NCBI GenBank assembly: GCA_963422735.1
Contig: OY730476.1
Coordinates: forward strand, 4,480,001-4,544,000
Source of the DNA: Candidatus Latescibacterota bacterium
GTDB lineage: Bacteria; Latescibacterota; UBA2968; UBA8231
Direction: 5' to 3'
DNA: 64,000 nucleotides
In this document: one piece after another, positions 55,283 through 64,000 of the stretch
Position numbering within the stretch: the first letter of the stretch is position 1
Layout: every line of letters starts with the position of its first letter
Notes under the pieces: model-generated
Seen by the model: the letters and a program-made list of their open reading frames with translations, nothing else
The model's database searches: none
Told to the model about the DNA's origin: nothing
Program-made: the position numbers and the translations under genes

Positions 55283-56965
55283 TTAACAGAAATCTAAATC
55301 CGCCCCCAAGTTCGCCTGCAATACTCGCTCGGCGTACAGACGCCGCCACCCACGTGCTGGCGCGGCGGGTGCGGTCCATTCGGCTCGTCGGCGAGCGAGG
55401 ATTTCCTCGGGGACTAGCAAATCCAAGCACCCGGCTTCTACGTCCAACTCGATCAGATCGCCGTCGCGGACGAGTGCCAACGGCCCCCCGACGGCCGCTT
55501 CCGGTGCTACGTGCAACGCGACCGTCCCATACGCCGTGCCGCTCATCCGCCCGTCGGAGACACGCACCATGTCCTCGATGCCTTGGGCGGCGAGGTACTT
55601 GGGCAAGGGCATGGAGCCGGCTTCGGGCATCCCAAGGGCCACCGGCCCGGCCCCGCGCAGCACCAGCACGTGCTCGGGTGTAATGCCCAATGCGGGATCG
55701 TCAACGCGTACGGCGTCGTCCGGCCCGTCGAACACGACGGCCGGCCCGCGGTGCTTGTGCAGGTGCGAAGACGCGGTCGCCTTTTTCAAGACCGCCCCGT
55801 CTGGCGCGAGCGAGCCTTTTAGCACCACGAGGGACGATGCTGGCCCCAGCGGTGCGTTTAAGGTGCGGATCGCGGTTTGCCACGCGCCGGGCGCGGCCAC
55901 TTCCTGCAATAGCGCGCCGAGCGTTTGGCCGCTGACTCCTACCGCATCGAGGTCGAGCAGCGGCTCTAGTGCTTTGAGCAGGACGGGCACGCCGCCGGCT
56001 TTGTCGAAATCCTCCATGTACCCGGTGCCCGCCGGTTTGCAATCGACCAGCAGCGGCACTTGTTGGGCCGCCGAGTGAAAGTCGTTTAGCGACAGGTCCA
56101 CGCCGGCCCGGTGCGCAATGGCGAGCAGATGCACGACCGCATTCGTCGAGCCGCTCAGCGCGGCTAGCACCTTGAGCGCGTTGGCAAAGGCCGATGGCGT
56201 TAGTATGTCTTGTGCCGAGCGTCCCTCGGTAGCTAAGGCTATAGCCCGGCGACCCGTGGCGACCCCGAGCCGCAAACGCTGGCTTGAGACTGCGGGCGGA
56301 GTGGCTGCGCCCGGCAGCATCAGCCCGAGGGCCTCGGCCACGCAGGCCATGGTCGAGGCCGTGCCCATTACCATGCAGGTGCCAGCCGTTGGGCACAGGC
56401 TCTGCCCGATAGCGGCGATTTCTTCGGCGTCGAGCGCACCGACCCGGTGCTGCGCCCAAAAGCGGCGGCAATCCGTGCATGCGCCCAACCGCTCGCCTCG
56501 CCAGTCTCCGGCCAACATCGGCCCGGCGACGAGGTGGATGGCGGGCACAGACGCGGAAGCTGAGGCCATAAGTTGGGCCGGCAGGGTCTTGTCGCAGCCG
56601 CCGAGCAGCACGACCGCGTCCATGGGCTGGGCCGCGATCATTTCCTCGGTCGCCATGGCCATGAGGTTGCGGAAGAGCATGGCGGTTGGGGACAGGAGGA
56701 TCTCGCCGAGGGAAAGGGTCGGAAAGACGAAGGGTAGCCCGCCCGCTTCTAACACGCCCCGTTTGACCGCTTCCACGAGCTGGGGCATGGCGCGATGGCA
56801 GGTTGTGTAATCGGACGAGGTGTCGGCGATGCCGACGATGGGCCGCTCTAGGTCTGCCTCGTCGTAGCCGGCCGAAGCGAGAAAAGCGCGTCGCAAATAG
56901 CGGCTAAAACCGGGGTCGGCGTAGTGCGTTAAGTTGCGGTCGATTCCGGTGGCAGAGGGGGGCAT
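55283..56965 (-). CDS. IlvD/Edd-family dehydratase (probably sugar-acid dehydratase)
   Basis: 'GGCDKTLPA', 'GACTDCRRFW', 'GTCMVMGTASTM', 'GSTNAVVHL', 'SDGRMSGT'; start re-assigned to MPPSA with AGGAG RBS. Confidence 0.88.
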   Translation of the reverse strand: MPPSATGIDRNLTHYADPGFSRYLRRAFLASAGYDEADLERPIVGIADTSSDYTTCHRAMPQLVEAVKRGVLEAGGLPFVFPTLSLGEILLSPTAMLFRNLMAMATEEMIAAQPMDAVVLLGGCDKTLPAQLMASASASVPAIHLVAGPMLAGDWRGERLGACTDCRRFWAQHRVGALDAEEIAAIGQSLCPTAGTCMVMGTASTMACVAEALGLMLPGAATPPAVSSQRLRLGVATGRRAIALATEGRSAQDILTPSAFANALKVLAALSGSTNAVVHLLAIAHRAGVDLSLNDFHSAAQQVPLLVDCKPAGTGYMEDFDKAGGVPVLLKALEPLLDLDAVGVSGQTLGALLQEVAAPGAWQTAIRTLNAPLGPASSLVVLKGSLAPDGAVLKKATASSHLHKHRGPAVVFDGPDDAVRVDDPALGITPEHVLVLRGAGPVALGMPEAGSMPLPKYLAAQGIEDMVRVSDGRMSGTAYGTVALHVAPEAAVGGPLALVRDGDLIELDVEAGCLDLLVPEEILARRRAEWTAPAAPARGWRRLYAERVLQANLGADLDFC

Positions 56966-57437
56966 TTGACTCCTGTGCTTCTCACGGCAATTAGACTCCA
57001 AGTTGCGCTGCAAGGTCGTGGAAATTTTGCACAATTATGTCAAAACTCCCGTCTTGCGCGGTGTCTGCCTGGCCTTCCGTGGAGCGCGTAAGGCCATTCG
57101 CCGTTCCGCACGCGCCCCATAGCGGGTTCATAGCCAAGTGCGCCCAGTCCGCGGTAATCCACTTGTCGTAGCCTAAGCGAATGATAGAGTGCCAGTTGGT
57201 GACCGACAATCAGCGCCTTAATAGATGTTTGCCAAGATTCCATTCTTTTTCTCAGTTCAAAGCCGGAGCGCGACGCGCACTTAGGTGAGCTGCCGGGCCA
57301 AGTGCCGGTCAAACCGCTCGTCGGCGATCGCGACTGCCCAGATCATGTGCGAAATATGTCTTCGCACAACATATGGTATCAAGGGTATATCTGAAACTCG
57401 GTACAAATTTCAAGCTGAACTTGAGATTTGTACCGAA

Positions 57438-58400
57438 GCACCCGATATACGCCTGCTTTCGATAAGCGATCCCCACGCTTTCTTCTCACAATTTCCCCCG
57501 CCCGTTATCATCGACGAAATTCAGCGCGTACCCGAACGGCTCTCAACCATCCAGGTCCTCGCTGACAGCAGCCATCAACGCGGGCAAAGTCACCAGTTGC
57601 GTCTGCAAGTAGCTGTTGCCCAATCCCTAGCCGGACGCACCGCCCTCTTGCGCCTGCTGCCCTTGTCGATATCAGCCCTCAAAGCAAATAGCGTCACACC
57701 CAAGCGCGACGAATTTATCTATCAGGGCTTTGTGCCCCGCCTGTACAGCGAAAAAGTCAATCCGACTCGCCTATACCTAAATTACTGTCAAACCTATATC
57801 GAGCGCGATATCAGACAGATGATCAACCTCAAGAACTTCACGCGCCTGCTAGCCGGACGCGTCGGTCAGGTTTTGAATCTGAGCTCTCTGGCTAACGACG
57901 TGGGAGTGTCGAGTACCACACTAAAAGAATGGCTTGCGGTACTCGAAGCATCGCACACTATGCTTTGGTAAACGCATCATCAAATCGCCAAAAATCTATT
58001 TTACCGATGTCGGGCTCGCGTCCTGCTTGCTCGGCATTGAATCGTCCGCGCTCATTGCCCGGGATCCACTGATCGGCAATCTCTTTGAAAACATGGTCGC
58101 CATCGAAGCCTTGAAAGCCAGACTCAACGCGGGAAAAGAACCTGGACTCTACTTTTACCGCGACAACAAAGGCAACGAAGTGGACCTGTTGTTCAGGCAA
58201 AACAGGCCGTTAATCCCCATTGAAATCAAATCGGCCATGACGTTTAATCCAGAATCTGCAAAAGGAATCGCGCAGTTCCAGAAAATCGCGTCATCCACGC
58301 AGAAAGGCTACACCATCTACGCGGGAAATCTCACCCCGGAACTGTCCCATGCCAGCGCGCTGCATTTTACCGATTTCCCCCTTTCCGCCTTGCCCCATCC
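57438..58400 (+). pseudogene. AAA_14/DUF4143 ATPase (COG1373), degraded; boundaries approximate
   Basis: 'IIDEIQRVP', 'SLAGR', 'TYIERDIR', 'KSPKIYFTDVGL', 'YFYRD..GNEVD', 'IEIKS'; Walker A absent, 'LTGS' deleted, frameshift near 57965. Confidence 0.8.
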
Positions 58401-58468
58401 CAACAGCTTAGCTATTCTCATCTCCTCCCCGCCCGCCTTCGCCACACACTGCTTCAGGAAATTGAGCC

Positions 58469-61420
58469 TTGAGCTGCGACGCCGAGAAAATCGCCGAGCA
58501 CATCCGCTTTCTCAAACGCCGCATCTTGGGCAATGAGGTCGTCCATCACCAGACCTTGCCCGCGCGCTCGGCGCGCCTAGTCCGCAACTTGGCTGGCTTG
58601 CCTCCGGCCATGACCCGCATCCTCGAAATCGCCCGCATCCCCGCGCTCTATACGCACCAAGCTGAGGGCATCCAAAAAGTGCTGGAGGGTCAGCACGTGG
58701 CCATTGCCACGCCCACGGCCTCAGGCAAGACCTTGGTGTACAACGCGCCCGTGCTGGCCACGCTGCTCGACGACCCGGAGGCACACGCGCTCTACATCTT
58801 CCCGCTCAAGGCCCTAGAGCAGGATCAGTTCGACGAGCTAAACGGCCTGATGCAGGGCTTGGGGGGCGGGCTGAAAGCGGCCATTTACGACGGCGACACC
58901 ACGGCCCACCGCCGCCGGCAAATTCGCACCAAACCGCCGCAGGTGCTCTTCACCACTCCGGACATGCTGCACTCGGGCATCCTCGCCTTCCACGAGGCTT
59001 GGGCTGGCTTCTTCGCCCGCCTGCGCTACGTGGTCATTGACGAGTTGCACGCGTACAGCGGCGTCTTTGGCACCCACGTCCTGCACCTTTTTCGCCGCTT
59101 AAACCGCATCTGTGCGCACTACGGGTCCGGTCCGGTGTACATCACCAGCTCGGCGACGATGGGCAATCCCCGCGAGCTGGCGGGCGAGCTGCTCAACCGC
59201 TCCTTCTACGCGATTGAGGACCACGGCGCTCCGGCGGCGGTGCGCCACTTCGTGTTTGTCAACCCGAGCGAAAGCCCCAACACCCTCGCGGCCCGCGTGC
59301 TGCGCGCCAGCGTACTCGAGGAATACCGCACGATCGTCTTCACCCGCGCTCGCATCACCACCGAACTCGTGTATCGCTGGGCCACCCAGAGCCGCCCGGA
59401 CTTGCGGGAGCGGATTTCCTCGTATCGCGCGGGCTATTTGCCCAGTGAGCGCCGCCAGATTGAGCAGTCGCTCAACGCCGGCCAGCTCATGGGCGTGGTG
59501 GCCACGTCGGCCTTGGAGCTGGGCATTGACATCGGCGGTCTGGACGTCTGCGTGTTAGTCGGCTATCCGGGTTCGATCATCAACACTTGGCAGCGCGCCG
59601 GCCGCGTGGGCCGCGCTGGCCGCGAGTCCCTAATCCTCCTCATCGCATCCCCCGATGCCCTCGACCAGTACTTTATGCGGCACCCAGCGGAGTTTTTCGC
59701 ACGCGACTTAGAGGACGCCGTGGTGGATCCAATGAATCAGTACATCCTCAAAAACCACCTCGCGTGCGCGGCGCGCGAGCTACCCCTCGCCACTGGCGAA
59801 CCCGAGTACGCGCTCCCCAACTATCAGGAGGCGATTGATGCGCTGACCGCGGAAGGCGTGCTGCTGCAGAATGCCGAGGGCGACGCTTGGTTTGCCGCGC
59901 GCAAGCGGCCGCATCGCTTGGTCAACATGCGCACCATCGGCGAGTCGTATAACATCGTCGATAGCAGCAACGACCAGATCGGCACAGTAAGCGGCGGTCA
60001 GGTGTACGGCGAGTGCTACAAAGGCGCGATTTATTTGCATCGCGGCCGTCAGTACGAGATCGGCGACCGCAACCCCCAGCAGGGTCAGATCTACGCCGAG
60101 GAAGTGGATGTGACGTACTTCACTCGCGCCCGCACGGAAAAGGACACCGAGATATTGGAGGATCTGCGCTCGCGGCCCTTGCAGGGCTTTATGGCGCGGC
60201 TGGGCCGGCTCAAGGTCAGCTCGCAGGTGGTGGGCTACGAAAAGATCCGCGTCGGCGACCAAGTCGTCCTCAGCAGACACCCGCTGGAGTCGCCGGTGGA
60301 GCACTTTGAGACGATTGGCTTCTGGATCGAGCTCGACGCCCATTTCAAGGCCGACCTCAGCCGCCACCAGCACCACTACATGGGTTCGATCCACGCCATT
60401 GAACACGCCATGAAGTCGCTCTTCCCGCTGCTTGCCTTGTGTGATCGCACGGACGTCGGCGGGATTTGCTATCCCCAGCACCCCCAGCTCGGCAAAGGCG
60501 CGATTTTTGTGTACGACTATCACCCCGGCGGCATTGGCCTCGCGGAAAAGGGCTTTGCCCAGCTCGATCGCCTCTTGGACATGACGCGGTCCATGGTCGA
60601 AACCTGCGATTGCATGCTCGGCTGCCCGTCTTGCATCCACTTCCCCACGTGCGGCGCGGGCAACGTTCCCCTCGACAAGGCCGGTGCCATCCACCTGCTC
60701 GGCGTACTCACGGGCCGCCGGGCCATTGAGCGCACCGCGTCCACCGCCGAGGTCGTAGAGGCCCCGCCGATCTTCGCCGAGTGGGAGGAAGGGGAAGTCG
60801 CAGACGACGCGCCGTGCGAGCAAGGCCCGCACGTGGTTGTGTTCGACCTCGAAACCCAGCGCTCGGCTGCCGAAGTCGGCGGCTGGAACAAAGCCTACAT
60901 GATGGGCATGTCGGTCGGCGTAGTGTGGGACAGCCATACGCAAGCCTGTACCAAGTATTTTGAGGAGGACATCGACCGGCTTCTAGAGCACCTACAGGCG
61001 GCCGATTTGATCGTTGGCTTCAACATCATCGGCTTTGACTATTCGGTCTTGCGCGGGTACAGCCCATTCGACTTCCGCACGCTCAACACGCTCGACATTC
61101 TCCGCGAGATCCACCAGCGGCTGCGCTATCGCGTCAGCCTAGACGCGCTGGGCCGGGCCACGCTCGACGCGCCCAAGAGTGCCGACGGGCTGGACGCACT
61201 CCGGTGGTTCAAAGAAGGGCGGCTGGATTTGATTGCCGAGTACTGCCAAAAGGACGTGGAGCTGACCCGCGACCTGTTCTACTTCGGGCTGCGCGAAAAC
61301 TACCTGCTCTTCGACCGCCGCAACGAGGGCCGCATGCGCATCCCGCTCGACTGGAAGTTAGAGGACTTGGTGCGCGGGGACGGACGCGATTGCCCGCAGG
61401 CCGGACAAATGGCAGATTAG
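58469..61420 (+). CDS. MrfA/YprA(Hrq1)-like SF2 helicase with DUF1998 Zn domain fused to a DEDD (RNase_H_2, MrfB/YprB-like) exonuclease
   Basis: 'TPTASGKT', 'DELH', 'SAT', 'QRAGRVGR', 'CDCMLGCPSC'; C-terminal 'VFDLET', 'GFNIIGFDY', 'YCQKDV'. Confidence 0.88.
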   Translation: MSCDAEKIAEHIRFLKRRILGNEVVHHQTLPARSARLVRNLAGLPPAMTRILEIARIPALYTHQAEGIQKVLEGQHVAIATPTASGKTLVYNAPVLATLLDDPEAHALYIFPLKALEQDQFDELNGLMQGLGGGLKAAIYDGDTTAHRRRQIRTKPPQVLFTTPDMLHSGILAFHEAWAGFFARLRYVVIDELHAYSGVFGTHVLHLFRRLNRICAHYGSGPVYITSSATMGNPRELAGELLNRSFYAIEDHGAPAAVRHFVFVNPSESPNTLAARVLRASVLEEYRTIVFTRARITTELVYRWATQSRPDLRERISSYRAGYLPSERRQIEQSLNAGQLMGVVATSALELGIDIGGLDVCVLVGYPGSIINTWQRAGRVGRAGRESLILLIASPDALDQYFMRHPAEFFARDLEDAVVDPMNQYILKNHLACAARELPLATGEPEYALPNYQEAIDALTAEGVLLQNAEGDAWFAARKRPHRLVNMRTIGESYNIVDSSNDQIGTVSGGQVYGECYKGAIYLHRGRQYEIGDRNPQQGQIYAEEVDVTYFTRARTEKDTEILEDLRSRPLQGFMARLGRLKVSSQVVGYEKIRVGDQVVLSRHPLESPVEHFETIGFWIELDAHFKADLSRHQHHYMGSIHAIEHAMKSLFPLLALCDRTDVGGICYPQHPQLGKGAIFVYDYHPGGIGLAEKGFAQLDRLLDMTRSMVETCDCMLGCPSCIHFPTCGAGNVPLDKAGAIHLLGVLTGRRAIERTASTAEVVEAPPIFAEWEEGEVADDAPCEQGPHVVVFDLETQRSAAEVGGWNKAYMMGMSVGVVWDSHTQACTKYFEEDIDRLLEHLQAADLIVGFNIIGFDYSVLRGYSPFDFRTLNTLDILREIHQRLRYRVSLDALGRATLDAPKSADGLDALRWFKEGRLDLIAEYCQKDVELTRDLFYFGLRENYLLFDRRNEGRMRIPLDWKLEDLVRGDGRDCPQAGQMAD

Positions 61421-61468
61421 AGTCGACAACTATAGGAGTTGCGAATTGTCAATTAGTCAATTCCCTAA

Positions 61469-61622
61469 TAATACACGACAGTAGAAGCGGTATGAGACAG
61501 GTGCTAGTACGCTGTTGCTGAGCCTTTCGGCTCCGCTCTAGATAAGCTCCGCGGAGCGGATTTGAAGCATCTCATACCTAGATCCCCATGCGTAACGTCC
61601 ATTGGATTACTGTTGTGTATTA
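61469..61622. repeat. Nested inverted-repeat element
   Basis: TAATACACGACAGTA / TACTGTTGTGTATTA (14/15) enclosing GGTATGAGA / TCTCATACC and a central CTCCGCTC...GAGCGGA hairpin. Confidence 0.6.
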
Positions 61623-61642
61623 AGGTCAATTCCTAATTCCTA

Positions 61643-61757
61643 ACTGACGTTACGCAGTGCTTTGTCGCGGACGAACCCGTCCATGCAGGTGGGTCCTCCA
61701 GTAAGGGGAGAGGCGGGGCGAAACCACGCATGGTGAGGCAAACTGCGTAACATCAGT
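61643..61757. mobile_element. 115-bp MITE-like element
   Basis: 16-bp terminal inverted repeats ACTGACGTTACGCAGT / ACTGCGTAACATCAGT (15/16); no coding capacity. Confidence 0.65.
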
Positions 61758-61786
61758 AACTAATTTCAAAAGGAGCGAAGTACGAG

Positions 61787-62983
61787 ATGAAAATCACGGA
61801 TCTCAAATGCGCGGTCATTGGCAACAACCCGGTTGTCCGCATCAATACCGACGAGGGCCTCTATGGCCTCGGGGAAGTCGAAGCGAGCAAGCCTTATCTC
61901 AAGCCCCACGTACTGTTCTACAAGGATTTCATCCTCGGCGAGGACCCAACCGACGTCGAGCGGGTGATGCTCAAGATCCGGCGCTTGGGCAGCTTTAAGC
62001 CTTGGGGCAGTGCGGTCAGCGCGATCGAAATGGCGCTGTGGGACCTTGCTGGCAAGGCCGTGGGTGCGCCCGTGTACAAGCTGCTCGGCGGCAAGGTCCG
62101 CGACCAAGTGCGGGTGTACAATGGCGCGGTGCGCTTCCCTATGGAGGGCGGCCGCGCACCCTCAGACTACGCGGCCAACATGCAGCGCATGAAGGATGCG
62201 CCGCAAAAGTTCAGCATCATCAAACAGGGCCTCGCCTTCCACGGCGGGCGGATTACCGAGTCGCCCGAACATTTCTACGGCACCCACCAAGCCGGCCCGT
62301 TCCACGCCAATCGCGGCCCCTTGAGCGAACGCGGCCTCAACTACATCGTCGATTGCATCCGCGCGATGAAGGAAGTCTGCGGCGACGAGGTCGGCTTGGC
62401 GCTGGACTTAGGCCCGGGGTTTCTCGTGCCGGATGCGCTGCGCTTGGCCCGGGCGGTTGAAGACCTCAATGTGGCTTGGCTGGAGGACATGCTCACCGGT
62501 GATTACGTCCCCTACGTTTCGGCCGATCACTACCGAGAGGTCACGCAGAGTACCTCGACCCCGATTCACACCGGCGAGCAGATCTACTTGCGGCACAATT
62601 TTCAAGACCTGATCGAGAAGCGCGCCGTGGATATCATCGGCCCGGATCCCTGCGACATCGGCGGGATCGCCGAGCTCAAGTGGGTGGCCGAATACGCCGA
62701 TCTGCATGGCATCCTCATGGCCCCCCACGGCACGGGCGACGGCCTGTTGGGCTTGGCGGCTTTGGTGCAAATGGCCGCGGTCCTGCCCCAGAACTACCTC
62801 GCGTTTGAATATCCGACCGGCCAGCCCGAATGGTGGTACGACATCGTCGAGGGTTTGCCCGACCCGATTGTCGTCGATAGTCACATCGCCGTTTGGGACG
62901 CGCCCGGGATGGGCGTTGATCTAATCGCCGAAGAAGCGCGGCGCTATCTGTGCGAGGAAGACGCCGACTTCTTCGACATATAA
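61787..62983 (+). CDS. Mandelate racemase/muconate lactonizing (enolase superfamily) enzyme, acid-sugar dehydratase-like
   Basis: 'TDEGLYGLGE', 'SAIEMALWDLAGK...PVYKLLGGKVRD', 'WLED', 'HTGEQ', 'GGIAELKWVAEYA', 'APH'. Confidence 0.9.
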   Translation: MKITDLKCAVIGNNPVVRINTDEGLYGLGEVEASKPYLKPHVLFYKDFILGEDPTDVERVMLKIRRLGSFKPWGSAVSAIEMALWDLAGKAVGAPVYKLLGGKVRDQVRVYNGAVRFPMEGGRAPSDYAANMQRMKDAPQKFSIIKQGLAFHGGRITESPEHFYGTHQAGPFHANRGPLSERGLNYIVDCIRAMKEVCGDEVGLALDLGPGFLVPDALRLARAVEDLNVAWLEDMLTGDYVPYVSADHYREVTQSTSTPIHTGEQIYLRHNFQDLIEKRAVDIIGPDPCDIGGIAELKWVAEYADLHGILMAPHGTGDGLLGLAALVQMAAVLPQNYLAFEYPTGQPEWWYDIVEGLPDPIVVDSHIAVWDAPGMGVDLIAEEARRYLCEEDADFFDI

Positions 62984-63003
62984 AACGTACAGAAAGGAAA
63001 GGT

Positions 63004-63972
63004 ATGCACGCGGCCCAACTAATCGCCCCTCGCCAGTGGGAAATTATCGAGACGGCCAAACCTCAGCCGACCGCCAACCAGATGCTCGTGAAAATGGAAC
63101 GGGTCGCGGTCTGCGGCAGCGACAAGCCGCCGTTCTGCGGCGTCCACAAGCGCTATCCGCAGCCGCCCGGGGCCACTGGGCACGAAGGCATGGGCGTGGT
63201 CGAAGCCTGCCCTTCGGGTCGCTATCGGGAGGGCGAGCGGGTGCTGTTGTGGGGATTCGACCGCGGGCTTTTCCAAGAGTATGTCCTCGCCAAGGACGAT
63301 GGTAGTTGCATCCGGCTGCCCGGCGACTTACCCGAGGAAAAGGTGTTGATGAGCCAGCTTTTGGGCACGGTAATTCACAGTTTCTACAAGCTGGGCAACA
63401 TTATCGACCGCGATGTGGTGGTGCTGGGTCAAGGCCCGGTGGGGCTGCTGTTCAACGCGGTGCTGCGCAATCTCGGCGCACGCCGCATCATGGCGGTCGA
63501 TCCGTTGGCCTACCGCTTGGAGATGGGCCAGCGGATGGGGGCCACGCACGCGATCTGCTCGGCATCCCAAGACCCGGTCGCCGCGGTCGCCGAAATCACG
63601 GGCGGTGCCATGGCCGGTCTCGCAGTTGAGGCCGTGGGCGTCGCCGAGACCCTCGGCCTCGTGCCGGCCCTCTGCCGCCGCAATGCCGAAGTGATCTGCT
63701 TTGGCGTCCCGGACAAGGACGCCGCCGAGGGCTTGATGTCCGTCAAGATGTTGGACATGCTGCGCCAAGAGCTACGCTTGGTTTTCTCCATTGGCCCCAA
63801 TCCCGACCGCGACTACCGGCCCGCGCTCGATTGGATCGTCCAAGGGCGCATCAATGTCACTCCGATTGTCAGCCACGTCCTGCCCTTTGCCGAGATTCAG
63901 CAAGCCTTTGCCATGGCCTTCGACGATCCCGAGCCGCACCAAGCCCTGAAGATCGTGCTCAAATTCCCCTGA
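63004..63972 (+). CDS. Zinc-binding (MDR) dehydrogenase
   Basis: 'VCGSD', 'GHEGMG', 'GQGPVGL', 'EAVG'; lacks the structural-zinc loop. Confidence 0.88.
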   Translation: MHAAQLIAPRQWEIIETAKPQPTANQMLVKMERVAVCGSDKPPFCGVHKRYPQPPGATGHEGMGVVEACPSGRYREGERVLLWGFDRGLFQEYVLAKDDGSCIRLPGDLPEEKVLMSQLLGTVIHSFYKLGNIIDRDVVVLGQGPVGLLFNAVLRNLGARRIMAVDPLAYRLEMGQRMGATHAICSASQDPVAAVAEITGGAMAGLAVEAVGVAETLGLVPALCRRNAEVICFGVPDKDAAEGLMSVKMLDMLRQELRLVFSIGPNPDRDYRPALDWIVQGRINVTPIVSHVLPFAEIQQAFAMAFDDPEPHQALKIVLKFP

Positions 63973-64000
63973 CCCTGAGCGGAAAGGCAGCCAATCATGC

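Noticed and set aside
57040-57430. Short ORFs or possible ncRNA between the IlvD-family gene and the AAA pseudogene
   Set aside because: No recognisable protein motif or tRNA/ncRNA structure; probably a degraded remnant, left unassigned.

Overview
GC-rich bacterial chromosomal window. Protein features (FlgD-type Ig tails, a C-terminal 'TWGRIK' motif, CRTAC1/FGE/TPR proteins, an LRR remnant) suggest a Latescibacterota/Poribacteria-like, possibly sponge-associated organism; this is inference. 1-21.7 kb is a cell-envelope cluster: three paralogous large secreted proteins (two with visible FlgD-Ig tails), a 902-aa candidate outer-membrane barrel with Asp-rich Ca-binding loops, a SurA/PrsA-like foldase, a foldase-remnant/TPR fusion, two GT-C glycosyltransferase-TPR fusions, a TWGRIK-tailed secreted protein, and CRTAC1 and FGE-like proteins. 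I rank it the best candidate for an undescribed export/maturation/glycosylation system. The remainder is housekeeping and catabolic (glnS, dapL, nadA, xylA, sucAB-lpdA, purL, sulfatase, oxidoreductases, flotillin/NfeD, Hsp20, IlvD-family and enolase-family dehydratases, MrfA-type helicase-exonuclease fusion). Decayed accessory genes (two R-M systems, PIN TA pairs, JAB-domain gene, aspartyl protease, AAA ATPase) and small palindromic/MITE-like elements are interspersed. Other highlights: a ribbon-helix-helix gene coupled to nadA behind an AT-only palindrome, a VasI-TonB fusion, and a GlnRS with an altered ATP site. No rRNA, tRNA or CRISPR array was recognised. All family calls are by motif recognition; no searches were run.
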